This document shows positions 18,313-26,911 of a stretch of DNA of 43,787 nucleotides, piece after piece. Both the position numbers and the translations under genes were made by a program. The notes under the pieces were generated by a model, which was not told the origin of the DNA, did not search any database, and saw nothing but the letters and a program-made list of their open reading frames with translations. This DNA comes from Bradymonadales bacterium (GTDB lineage: Bacteria > Bdellovibrionota > UBA2394), in contig REDG01000053.1 of NCBI GenBank assembly GCA_007693605.1, positions 1 to 43,787 of the forward strand, read 5' to 3'. Within the stretch, counting starts at the first letter, position 1; each line of letters starts with the position of its first letter.

Positions 18313-19671
18313 CTAATTTTTGGCCCTAAACAACAACTGTATGGGCAAGGGACCCAAGTCAAAATCCTCTCTTAGACGATTCTCAAGATACTTCTTCTCA
18401 TCTTTCGGAACTGCGCTGGGCGCATTGGTGAAGATTTGAAAGCGCATCGGCCTCTCTGAAGTCTGGAGCATATAGTTGAATCGCAAGTAACGATTCTGAG
18501 TTTTCCCTCCGGTTTTCTTCATTCCTTTGCGGATCATTCGAGGACTTCTTTTTGCCTGAATATTCTTCAACCAGCGGTTGAGCTCTGGAGTGGTAATTCT
18601 TCGACGACTCTCCACCAAAGCTCGACAGACTCGCTCAAGATTCTTGATGCCAAAGCCCGTTCGAGCCGACACAAAGACGACTCGATAATGGTCAGATAGA
18701 CCCATCGAATCTAAGAGTTCTCGGCGGTAAGCCTTGGCGTTTCTCGTATCTCGAATCAAATCCCACTTGTTCACAACGATTAGAGTGGGTCTCGACGCCT
18801 TTTGCAAAAGCTGAAAGAGCTTTCGATCTTGAGTTGAAAGCCTAGCGGCGGTGTGAGCCTCCACAAGGAGAAGAACGAGATCGGCGCGATTCATCTGCTT
18901 CAAGACCAACTGGCTTGAGAAGATTTCTAGAGGATCTTCCGTTTTGTATATTTTGGGTTTCTTTCGAATTCCCGCCGTATCGACGAAAACCCAATTCTGC
19001 CCTTCAAATCGAATCCGTTGTTCTACCGAATCTCGAGTGGTGCCCGGTTGATCGGCAACTTCACTGACCCGCTGACCCGAAAGTCGATTGATGAGTGAGC
19101 TCTTTCCGACATTCGGTCGACCCAAAATGAAAACTCGATTGGCAGAGTCGGTGGTATCGGCTGAGGCTTTAGTTTTTTTTGGAGTTTTCCCTTCCCTTCG
19201 AATTCTCTGAATCAGATTGTCTTTTAGCTCCCCAAGTCCGCGGCCCGTCTCTGCTGCGCCCTCAAGCCACTCAAAGCCTGAGATCTTCGCCAAATGCTGA
19301 GAAATCTCTTCGTTAAACTCTCTCTTGTCGGATTTATTCAACCAGACCAGAACGGGCTTTTCTTGCTTTCGCAAGAAGTCTCGAATCAGCTCATCGCGCG
19401 CACTAAAAGCTTCGGAACCATCCACAATCCACAGATAGAGATTGATTTTTTTGGTCCAAGCTTGGGGGAATTTCTTAAAATCGGCTTCCGTCTGGTAGCC
19501 TGCGAGATCCCAAAGCTCCATACTTTCAGTATCTGAAAGATTCAAGGTTTCAACGAGCCGGTCACGAGTCACCCCCTCTTGGTCCCAAACTAAAGCGCGT
19601 CGCCTGCCGATCAGACGGTTAAAAAGAGAGCTTTTTCCCACATTGGGACGACCGAGAAGGGCGACAATCAT
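18313..19671 (-). CDS. der: Ribosome biogenesis GTPase Der (EngA)
   Basis: Two GRPNVGKS P-loops, GVTRD/GTTRD, DTAG, NKWD, and KH-like C-terminus YLENRLRE. Confidence 0.95.
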   Translation of the reverse strand: MIVALLGRPNVGKSSLFNRLIGRRRALVWDQEGVTRDRLVETLNLSDTESMELWDLAGYQTEADFKKFPQAWTKKINLYLWIVDGSEAFSARDELIRDFLRKQEKPVLVWLNKSDKREFNEEISQHLAKISGFEWLEGAAETGRGLGELKDNLIQRIRREGKTPKKTKASADTTDSANRVFILGRPNVGKSSLINRLSGQRVSEVADQPGTTRDSVEQRIRFEGQNWVFVDTAGIRKKPKIYKTEDPLEIFSSQLVLKQMNRADLVLLLVEAHTAARLSTQDRKLFQLLQKASRPTLIVVNKWDLIRDTRNAKAYRRELLDSMGLSDHYRVVFVSARTGFGIKNLERVCRALVESRRRITTPELNRWLKNIQAKRSPRMIRKGMKKTGGKTQNRYLRFNYMLQTSERPMRFQIFTNAPSAVPKDEKKYLENRLREDFDLGPLPIQLLFRAKN

Positions 19672-19751
19672 GGCTCCCCCCTATACTGCGCCCCCTCAAG
19701 CTCAACAAGCTCAATCTATTTGAGTTTTTGAGCCTCTATCGACGGATTGAC

Positions 19752-21011
19752 TCACTCCGCTTGAACGAGAAATATCAGCCGACCCGTACCGTTAACAATT
19801 GCGATCGCCTCTGTGAGAGGATCATCGAAGCGCAGAGGCGCAAGGCCCTGCAGACTTCCGGCGCTAAAAAAAGTAGCCTGAGAGGGCAGACTGGCATTGG
19901 TGCTGTTGAGAAGGCTGCGAACGCTGGCTGCTCTCAAAAAGAAAAGTTCTCCAGAGGCCCTCCACGCCAGGACATCTTTTAGAGAATCGGGATTCGCTTG
20001 AACCGCCTCTAAGCGAATCAAATCCTTTAGCTGACCAGGCGCGGCTCCTGTCAAACTCACTCGATTAAAAACCAAATCAGAAGTGGTCGAAACATTGGAA
20101 TAATAAACCAGACCGTTGTTGGTAGCGACTAAGATTCCAGTTCGGCCGTTTCCATCCAAATCGATCAAAACCGCATCGCTGGCGACTTCTCCAGAAGGAA
20201 AGTTCAGGCTTGGCAAATTGGCGAAGCTATCCGGCCCGACCTGTCGAACGAACGCAAAGCCGTTTGCCTGAAGAATTACAAAATCTTCTAAAGCATCCTC
20301 TCGATTTCGAAAGTTGGCGGCAAAGACCCTCTTCGCAAAACTCAAGGTATTCACCCCTCCAGAGGGCGTTTGAACAAAGGCTCCACCCGTGATGTTCCAA
20401 GTCTGAGCAATCCCAGACCGAATGGCCATGAGGGATCGGCTATTCGCCACAGCTAGATCTTCGTAGGTTCCTGAAACAGAGGGAGCATTCATGCGGAATG
20501 TCAGCGCTCTGGTACTCGGGTTGCGCTTATACAAATCAATTCGATTCGAAGCTCGGATGATGGCCACCACTTGCTGGCTGCCCCCTGGCAGAACGAAAGC
20601 CACGCTCCGTCCCGTTGAAACTTCACTCAAGGGATTGGGAATACTTAGCCAAACGGGACCATCCTCCGGATCTAGAGTGCCGTACTCCAAGATATACAAT
20701 CCGCTACTCGTCGAAACATAAAGGGAATCTACCCCCTGAGCCGGAAAGCGATGTCTCTGAATCGCCCGAAGGTTCGTTCCGCCCACAAAACTCAAATCTC
20801 CATCGAGACTAGAGTCTTTAGTATACAGAACGGGAGAACTCCCCCCCAAATTCAAACCGGTTCCGCCTTCTCGGCAAGCACTCAAACTGAAAAGACCTAG
20901 ACCTAAAACCAGGCTGGCTAGCCAGAAAAACATTCGCGGCTGAGCTCCAGAAACGATCGACTTACTCGGCTTGACCCCGTTTTTTGCTTTCTTTGACAGC
21001 ATATTCCGCAC
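19752..21011 (-). CDS. Putative lipoprotein with FG-GAP/VCBS-like beta-propeller
   Basis: Lipobox LSAC after a hydrophobic stretch; DLDGNGRTGILVA motif. Confidence 0.6.
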   Translation of the reverse strand: MRNMLSKKAKNGVKPSKSIVSGAQPRMFFWLASLVLGLGLFSLSACREGGTGLNLGGSSPVLYTKDSSLDGDLSFVGGTNLRAIQRHRFPAQGVDSLYVSTSSGLYILEYGTLDPEDGPVWLSIPNPLSEVSTGRSVAFVLPGGSQQVVAIIRASNRIDLYKRNPSTRALTFRMNAPSVSGTYEDLAVANSRSLMAIRSGIAQTWNITGGAFVQTPSGGVNTLSFAKRVFAANFRNREDALEDFVILQANGFAFVRQVGPDSFANLPSLNFPSGEVASDAVLIDLDGNGRTGILVATNNGLVYYSNVSTTSDLVFNRVSLTGAAPGQLKDLIRLEAVQANPDSLKDVLAWRASGELFFLRAASVRSLLNSTNASLPSQATFFSAGSLQGLAPLRFDDPLTEAIAIVNGTGRLIFLVQAE

Positions 21012-21017
21012 TCCCTC

Positions 21018-21863
21018 CTAGAGTTTAGCGCTCATCTCTTCGGAGGCCAAAGATTTTTTATCTTTCTCGCGGTCCTTGTCCTTTGGACTAATCGCTGTTC
21101 GAGTGTTCTTTGAAGACTTTTTTGCTCTCTTTTTCTTTCGTCGCTTGGCCCCCATCGCGGGCCCAATCTCATCAATCTTCAAGGCCAGATAGGCTTGACG
21201 AGCTGCGTCTTGCTCGGCCGATCTCTTCGAACTTCCCTGTCCGGTGGCCAGGCTCTCTCCGCCAAACTCAATCTTCACTTCGAAAGTTTTCGAGTGATCG
21301 GGGCCGCTCTCTCGAAGAACCGAATATCTCGGAGACTTTCGAAAGCGGCTCTGAAAATGCTCTTGCAGCTTGGTCTTATAGTCTTGAGAGGCCTCTAACT
21401 TTTGAGAGTCGGGCAAGAGATCGACAAAAACTCGCTCTAAAAACTTCTGAGTCTGCGCAAGGCCCTGATCTAAGAAATAAGCCCCGACCACCGCTTCAAA
21501 AGCGTCACAGAGAAGGCTCTTCTTTTTTCGACCGCCCGTTTTCTCTTCGCCCTTTCCAATCTTGAGAGCGGGACCGAGCTCGACACTCTCAGCAAGTCGA
21601 GCCAACTGCTTCTGGTTCACCAAAGCCGCTCTTCGCTTTGAAAGGGTCCCTTCGTCTTCGCGCGGAAAAGCATGCACCAACATCTCTGAGATACAGAGAC
21701 CTAAAACCGCATCGCCCAAAAACTCCAAGCGCTCATTACTCTGATCGAGCGAGAGCTTTTTCTCATGAACAAAAGAACGGTGGGTTAACGCTAATTCTAG
21801 GTGCTCAGGCTGCTTGAAGCGAATTCCCAACTTCTGGAGTAAAAGTTTTCGAGTCTCACTCAT
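21018..21863 (-). CDS. rnc: Ribonuclease III
   Basis: ALTHRS, NERLEFLGDAVL and DAFEA motifs; dsRBD DYKTKLQE...SKRSAEQDAA. Confidence 0.97.
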   Translation of the reverse strand: MSETRKLLLQKLGIRFKQPEHLELALTHRSFVHEKKLSLDQSNERLEFLGDAVLGLCISEMLVHAFPREDEGTLSKRRAALVNQKQLARLAESVELGPALKIGKGEEKTGGRKKKSLLCDAFEAVVGAYFLDQGLAQTQKFLERVFVDLLPDSQKLEASQDYKTKLQEHFQSRFRKSPRYSVLRESGPDHSKTFEVKIEFGGESLATGQGSSKRSAEQDAARQAYLALKIDEIGPAMGAKRRKKKRAKKSSKNTRTAISPKDKDREKDKKSLASEEMSAKL

Positions 21864-21878
21864 TAGAACGGAACCCTC

Positions 21879-22976
21879 TCACGCGACCGCTTTCTGAAGA
21901 GGAATCGATTTCAAAATGGGCCCGCCCCCAAGCATTTCGTCTCCATCATAGAAGACCGCAAACTGCCCCGGAGTCACCGCTCTTTGGGGCTCCAAAAATT
22001 CCAGAGTGAGAGTGCCTTCCTCTGACTTTAAAAGACGAACCGGGCAGTCTACAGCCCGAGACCGAATCTTCACTTGAAGAGTCCTTCCCATCTTCTCTTC
22101 TAAGCCCTGAAATTCCTGCACTTGAACAAGCATTCCCTCTGAAAAAACCTGTCCTGCTTCTCCGACAATCACCTGATTTAATTTCGCATCCACTCGAACG
22201 ACAAAATGCGCATGAAGGCCGAAAGACCCCAAGCCCTTTCGCTGCCCAACGGTGAAGTGGTGAATCCCGTCGTGTCGGCCAAGGACATGACCCGCTTCGT
22301 CGACAATCTCACCAGGTTTTCCGGTAAACTGAAACTCATCCTTCAAAAATTTTCGGTAGTTGTTGTCCGCAACAAAGCAGATCTCCATCGATTCTTTCTT
22401 TGAACCCGTGACAAGACCTGCCGATTCCGCCAGCTCTCGAATCTCTTCTTTGCTGTAGTCTCCGCAGGGGAAAAGTGCTTTCTCCAGCTTTTCAGCAGAC
22501 ACGCCCATCAGAAAATAGCTCTGATCTTTTTGAAGATCTTTTGCCTTTCGCAAACGAACGCGGCCAAGATCTCGATCCAGACGGACATAATGGCCGGTCG
22601 CAAAATAATCGGCATCCAGCAGTTTGGCTTGAGTCAGAAGCTCGTCGAACTTTACGAAGGTATTGCAGGCGACACACGGGTTGGGAGTTTCTCCCCGCCG
22701 ATAGGCGTCGGCAAAATACTGAATCACTTTCCTTTTGAAGTTTTGCTGAGAGTCTACCAAATAGTGTCGAATTCCCAAGCGATCCGCCACAAGCCGTGCG
22801 TCATCGACATCTTCAATAGAGCAGCAGCCACCCTTCCCCTCGCGGCGATTGAGCCGAGAGTAGTCGTAAAGCTGAAAGGTAATCCCGATCACCTCGTAGC
22901 CTTGGTTTTTCAAAATTAGAGCGGCCACCGAGGAGTCGACACCCCCGCTCATGGCCACCAGAACTCGCGTTTTCAT
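21879..22976 (-). CDS. mnmA: tRNA-specific 2-thiouridylase
   Basis: AMSGGVDSS, TPNPCVACN, ATGHY, KDQSYF, FTVGQRKG and TPGQ motifs. Confidence 0.97.
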   Translation of the reverse strand: MKTRVLVAMSGGVDSSVAALILKNQGYEVIGITFQLYDYSRLNRREGKGGCCSIEDVDDARLVADRLGIRHYLVDSQQNFKRKVIQYFADAYRRGETPNPCVACNTFVKFDELLTQAKLLDADYFATGHYVRLDRDLGRVRLRKAKDLQKDQSYFLMGVSAEKLEKALFPCGDYSKEEIRELAESAGLVTGSKKESMEICFVADNNYRKFLKDEFQFTGKPGEIVDEAGHVLGRHDGIHHFTVGQRKGLGSFGLHAHFVVRVDAKLNQVIVGEAGQVFSEGMLVQVQEFQGLEEKMGRTLQVKIRSRAVDCPVRLLKSEEGTLTLEFLEPQRAVTPGQFAVFYDGDEMLGGGPILKSIPLQKAVA

Positions 22977-23035
22977 GACTTCTCACTATCTCCCCTTTTG
23001 ATGTTCATCTCAAGTTTCAGATTCTCCAAAGAGCA

Positions 23036-23071
23036 GGGGCAGGTGGGCCCTGTGGATGGGCCCTTAGCGCC
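23036..23071 (+). repeat. Two tandem fragments of the repeat terminal motif
   Basis: GGGGCAGGTGGGCCC (23036-23050) and GATGGGCCCTTAGCGCC (23055-23071) match the right end of the adjacent element. Confidence 0.75.
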
Positions 23072-23076
23072 TCTCC

Positions 23077-23273
23077 TGGGGGCTGGTGATAAGGGTCCAG
23101 ATGCGCGAAGGCGAGGAGTGAGCAGCGCAGTGTGGTTATGATGCCACTCGAGCAGCGGAGCGACGATGCCGCCACTGCAACGCGGGCAAGGAGCGTTGCA
23201 GCCATCCTCAGATATCATCGACCGCAGGTCGACATGAGCGAGGGGGCAGGTGGGCCCTTAGCGCCAGCCCCCA
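23077..23273 (+). mobile_element. MITE/REP-like structured element (~197 nt) with terminal inverted repeats
   Basis: 23077-23104 pairs with 23246-23273, with two G-U wobbles on the + strand. Internal hairpins at 23175-23201 (9 bp) and 23218-23232. A partial copy lies at 12951-13003. Confidence 0.65.
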
Positions 23274-23274
23274 C

Positions 23275-23312
23275 AAAACGAAAAGGGCCCCTCCTTCTCC
23301 AGGAGAGGCCCT
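23275..23312 (-). terminator. Intrinsic terminator of the outer-membrane protein gene
   Basis: Minus strand AGGGCCTCTCCT-GGAGA-AGGAGGGGCCCT-TTTCGTTTT. Confidence 0.8.
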
Positions 23313-23394
23313 CTCGACCACTTTCACCACATGCTTCAAAACGACGAAGGATCAAAACGAGGCAAAAGTCGGTGTTTTTAATGCCTTGGGAGGA

Positions 23395-24471
23395 TTAAAA
23401 ACCGTAAACTAAACCTAAATAGCTTGTATTCGAATAGGTCGTCGGCTTCGAGCCTCCATTCTCCTTCGATACATCGACCCGAAAGGTGTTTTCTGCGTAA
23501 ACTCCCCAGTTCGAACCCAATCGGTACTCTCCAATGGCTCGCAGCCGGTTATCGAGCGTCCAGGTATCGCCGGAGGTTCGATTGACAGTCAATCGATGTC
23601 GAAGTCGAGCTGTTAAATCTGGGCTAATCGTCGCTCTAATTTCATTGTGAATTTGACCTTCTGTGGTGTCCGCCTTATCCTTATTTTTAAAAGCTCTTCC
23701 GGCCTGAACATAAGTGCCAAGTCGCAGGCTTTCATTAAAGACGGTATTCAAATAAAGCCTTCCCAAATGAGTGCTGGTAATCGAAGTCTGACTATCAATG
23801 GCTTGTTGATTGAAAATCCTCTCCAATTGCTCCTCTGCCGAGAGATTGTTAAATATCTGCTCGGTGGTACTTTTCGATTTTTTTGCTTCTGACTCAAAGC
23901 TCTTTAAAACCGATGCCTTTGAGTCGGCAAAGCTTGCATTGGGAGCATCCAGACCTTGGTCCCGCATGAATACATAGGCCGCACCAACGCTAAACCTATT
24001 GTTTAGTTGTCGCTCGATTGCCGGCATAGCGAACAAGAACACTTTATTATCACTAGCCTGCTTTTCTGGATTTGACTTCGTTGTATAATTCATCTCGGCA
24101 TAGAATTTAGCCTTAAAGTCATTGGGAAGATCAATCGCAATCTCTCCAAAAGGATAATGCATAAAACTCAAACTTCGATCAAAGTCAGCTGATTTACCAG
24201 TTCCATACTGAGCGCCCGTTTCTAGCCACAGCTGGTAACCGATAAAAGTGCTAAAACCATCGCCGGCATACTCCATCAAAAGCTTAGGTCGAACATAAGG
24301 CCCGATGGCTCCATTGTTTCTGTTTGCATCACTCGTTGGCTGAAAAGCACCTCCGGTGCTTCCCTTCATTCCAACTTCCAATTGAGCTCCGAAGCTCGGT
24401 CCAGAAGTCTCTTGAGCTTCAACAGCTCCGACCAAACTTAAAATTCCAATCACTCCCAACAAATATTTCAC
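23395..24471 (-). CDS. Outer-membrane beta-barrel (porin-like) protein
   Basis: Signal peptide ending VEA, alternating beta-strands, C-terminal YLGLVYGF BAM-type signal; GTG start with AGGAG RBS. Confidence 0.75.
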   Translation of the reverse strand: MKYLLGVIGILSLVGAVEAQETSGPSFGAQLEVGMKGSTGGAFQPTSDANRNNGAIGPYVRPKLLMEYAGDGFSTFIGYQLWLETGAQYGTGKSADFDRSLSFMHYPFGEIAIDLPNDFKAKFYAEMNYTTKSNPEKQASDNKVFLFAMPAIERQLNNRFSVGAAYVFMRDQGLDAPNASFADSKASVLKSFESEAKKSKSTTEQIFNNLSAEEQLERIFNQQAIDSQTSITSTHLGRLYLNTVFNESLRLGTYVQAGRAFKNKDKADTTEGQIHNEIRATISPDLTARLRHRLTVNRTSGDTWTLDNRLRAIGEYRLGSNWGVYAENTFRVDVSKENGGSKPTTYSNTSYLGLVYGF

Positions 24472-24546
24472 GATATCTACTCCTGTTTCATTCGGTTTTC
24501 GTCATCCGCCTGAAAAGCCCTAACCCAAGGACTCTTGACGAGCCGT

Positions 24547-24574
24547 TTTTTACCACGATAACGCGGTCTGTCAA
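24547..24574 (-). promoter_or_regulatory. Putative sigma70 promoter of the OMP gene
   Basis: Minus strand TTGACA-N16-TAAAAA with an extended TG. Confidence 0.4.
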
Positions 24575-24696
24575 TGGGGCCCGAAAAATCCCTAAAAATG
24601 CCCCCCTAAGGCCTTGAAAAGCCTAGATTTTTAAGAAAGCAAGTTTTGAGGGTGAAGACCCCCAATCTCTGCTAGAAAGGGGGCCCAGAGCCCATA

Positions 24697-25182
24697 ATGA
24701 GAGACTATTCCAGACTTTGTGAGGAGCTTTTGAGCCTTGTTGAGGGCGAGACTTCCAGCATCGCCAACTTGGCTAATGCGGCGGCCCTGTTGTTTCAGCG
24801 CTTTCGCTGGCACTGGGTTGGCTTCTATCTGGTAGAAGGAAAGGAACTCGTTCTTGGCCCCTTTCAGGGGCCTGTGGCCTGCACTCGAATTGGCTATGGC
24901 AAAGGAGTGTGTGGCCAGAGCTGGCAGCAAGAGGCGACCCTGAATGTGCCCGTAGTCGAAGCCTTTCCGGGGCATATTGCCTGTAGCCCCCACTCCAAAT
25001 CAGAGCTGGTGATTCCTCTTTTCGATCCTCAAAAGAACTGCTGGGGAGTGCTCGACATTGATTCAGAGAAGACTCATGACTTTGATGCTCAAGATGAAAA
25101 AGAATTGCAGAAGTTCTGTGAGACTTTAAGCTCTCAGATTTTTCTCTCAAAGAGTACGGCCAGCGCTCCTTCAAGAAGCTGA
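24697..25182 (+). CDS. msrC: GAF-domain free methionine-R-sulfoxide reductase
   Basis: ANLANAAA, WVGFY, LGPFQGPVAC, GKGVCG, FPGHIAC and GVLDIDS motifs. Confidence 0.92.
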   Translation: MRDYSRLCEELLSLVEGETSSIANLANAAALLFQRFRWHWVGFYLVEGKELVLGPFQGPVACTRIGYGKGVCGQSWQQEATLNVPVVEAFPGHIACSPHSKSELVIPLFDPQKNCWGVLDIDSEKTHDFDAQDEKELQKFCETLSSQIFLSKSTASAPSRS

Positions 25183-25778
25183 AGCTCAAGCTCTCTTCCC
25201 GAGATTTCATTGCTTAAACTTCGACAAGGAAGGCTCTGAGCCTTCCAAGAGATCGGCCACTTCAAGCCTTTCGCCTCTACACTGAAACGCGATGAAAGCG
25301 GAAAGACCGACAAGCGCCCCGTCCACTGAATTTCAGCGAACTCTGGCCGAGGCCACTTGAAAATTGAATTCTGAGAGTTCAAGATGAAAGACAGCGATCT
25401 TTCTGTCCAAAACTCCAGCGGAAAGCTCTTCTGAGAGGCTGCCAAAAACGCATCGAAATTATAGTCCCAACGATCATCCAAGCTCTGAAAGGCCCTGACT
25501 CGGCTAGCTGGCCATTCCGAAATGGCTTCAAGGGCGAGTTCAAAGTCAGACTGGTCTTTCTCTTTTGGCGCAGGCTGCCAGCCGAGACTCTTGGCATAGC
25601 GTTGAGCTTCACGAGACATGCTGTCGCCATCTCCCACCACAAGATCGGGAACGCAAGAGATGTTCATGCAGGTATCCAGGCCGCCGTCTACGGCAACCAC
25701 TCGATCACTTTGTTCAAGCCACTCCTTTAACTCCGGCAAAAGGGGGGCAGAGGCGTTTGAAACACAACTCACAATCAT
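25134..25778 (-). CDS. thiN: Thiamine diphosphokinase
   Basis: VAVDGG, PDLVVGDGDS, EKDQSDFELAL, GLKWP and LSNE motifs; ATG at 25778 overlaps the permease stop. Confidence 0.85.
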   Translation of the reverse strand: MIVSCVSNASAPLLPELKEWLEQSDRVVAVDGGLDTCMNISCVPDLVVGDGDSMSREAQRYAKSLGWQPAPKEKDQSDFELALEAISEWPASRVRAFQSLDDRWDYNFDAFLAASQKSFPLEFWTERSLSFILNSQNSIFKWPRPEFAEIQWTGRLSVFPLSSRFSVEAKGLKWPISWKAQSLPCRSLSNEISGRELELQLLEGALAVLFERKI

Positions 25779-26911
25779 CTGGAAGGGGCCATTTTCTCTT
25801 TGGTCTGAATCCAGATGATGGTCGATAGAACCAAAGCCTTGAAGGCAAACAACAAAGACATCGGCCAATCAAAACTGGAGTAAACGAAATTCATCACGCT
25901 CACCAGCAGCACCCCTAAGAGTACATTGCTAAAGCAGCCCTTTCCCCCACGAAGGGCCACGCCCCCAAGAAAAATTGCCAACCAAGCGTCGACCTGTCGA
26001 CCGTAGGCCCACCAAGCCTCTGCTCGCACGCCCACTTTGGTCTCAAAAAAAGCCGCCAAGGCCACACAGAAAAGATAAATCGCGCCGACCATGCCAAAGG
26101 TCTTAAAAAGAGAAACCCCGTTGAATCGAGCCGCCTCTAGGTTGTCGCCCACGGCCAACACACTCCGACCCAAGATATGATGATGAAGAAGCCCGTAAGA
26201 AGCCAAGACCAAGACCAAGGCCACTAAAGCCGCCAAGGGCAGCCCTCCGTAGGAGTAAAGAGAAACGGTGAGCAACAAAATGGCGAACCAAGTCAAAATG
26301 ACCGGTCCAAGCCACCGACTGCTCGGCCAAAAATGTCGAATGGCCGCCAAACTGACAATCACTCCCAAGACCATCGCTCCCACAAAAATGACCGCTGCGG
26401 GAAGCTGGGCTTGACCGCAAAACAAGGGCTCACACCAAAGCTCTGTTCTGGGCAAAAGAAAGATTCCGACCGAACCTAGAAAGATTCCCAAGCCCAAACT
26501 GATAAACTCCATGGAGTGTCTTCGTTTTGAGAACAGCCAGCCCATAAGAATCCCCAGTGCCGCCAATGCCAGGCAGATCAAAAGGGCCCCGATGGCGACT
26601 CCCTTGAAGTCCATGGATTTTCCCCAAGACGAGTTTTGCCAGAGTTGGGCCAAGCCAATGGCCAAAAGATACCAGCCCCCCAAACTGAAATCTCGAATGC
26701 CCGACAAATAGAGCCACGAGAGGCCCACCGCAAGAAGTGTCAGAACAGAAATGGACTGAAAGAACTCTACTACCCGACTGATGTCTCGAACCTCTGGAAC
26801 CAAAATTCCTGAAACCAATAGAGTCACAAGAGAGCTTGTGAGCAAGACGAGCTTGCGCCAGTCTACGAGCTTTCGAATCTTTCGAATGACTGTTCCCTCT
26901 TCATCCCTCAT
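25775..26911 (-). CDS. Sugar-type (CUT2, XylH/RbsC-like) ABC permease, divergent
   Basis: Many TM helices; LGRSVLAVGDNLEAARFNGV (EAA loop) and DAWLAIFLGGVALRGGKG. Confidence 0.75.
   Translation of the reverse strand: MRDEEGTVIRKIRKLVDWRKLVLLTSSLVTLLVSGILVPEVRDISRVVEFFQSISVLTLLAVGLSWLYLSGIRDFSLGGWYLLAIGLAQLWQNSSWGKSMDFKGVAIGALLICLALAALGILMGWLFSKRRHSMEFISLGLGIFLGSVGIFLLPRTELWCEPLFCGQAQLPAAVIFVGAMVLGVIVSLAAIRHFWPSSRWLGPVILTWFAILLLTVSLYSYGGLPLAALVALVLVLASYGLLHHHILGRSVLAVGDNLEAARFNGVSLFKTFGMVGAIYLFCVALAAFFETKVGVRAEAWWAYGRQVDAWLAIFLGGVALRGGKGCFSNVLLGVLLVSVMNFVYSSFDWPMSLLFAFKALVLSTIIWIQTKEKMAPSR

Noticed and set aside
22973..23398. Short ORFs over the repeat element upstream of mnmA
   Set aside because: They are translations of GC-rich palindromic repeat DNA with no protein features.
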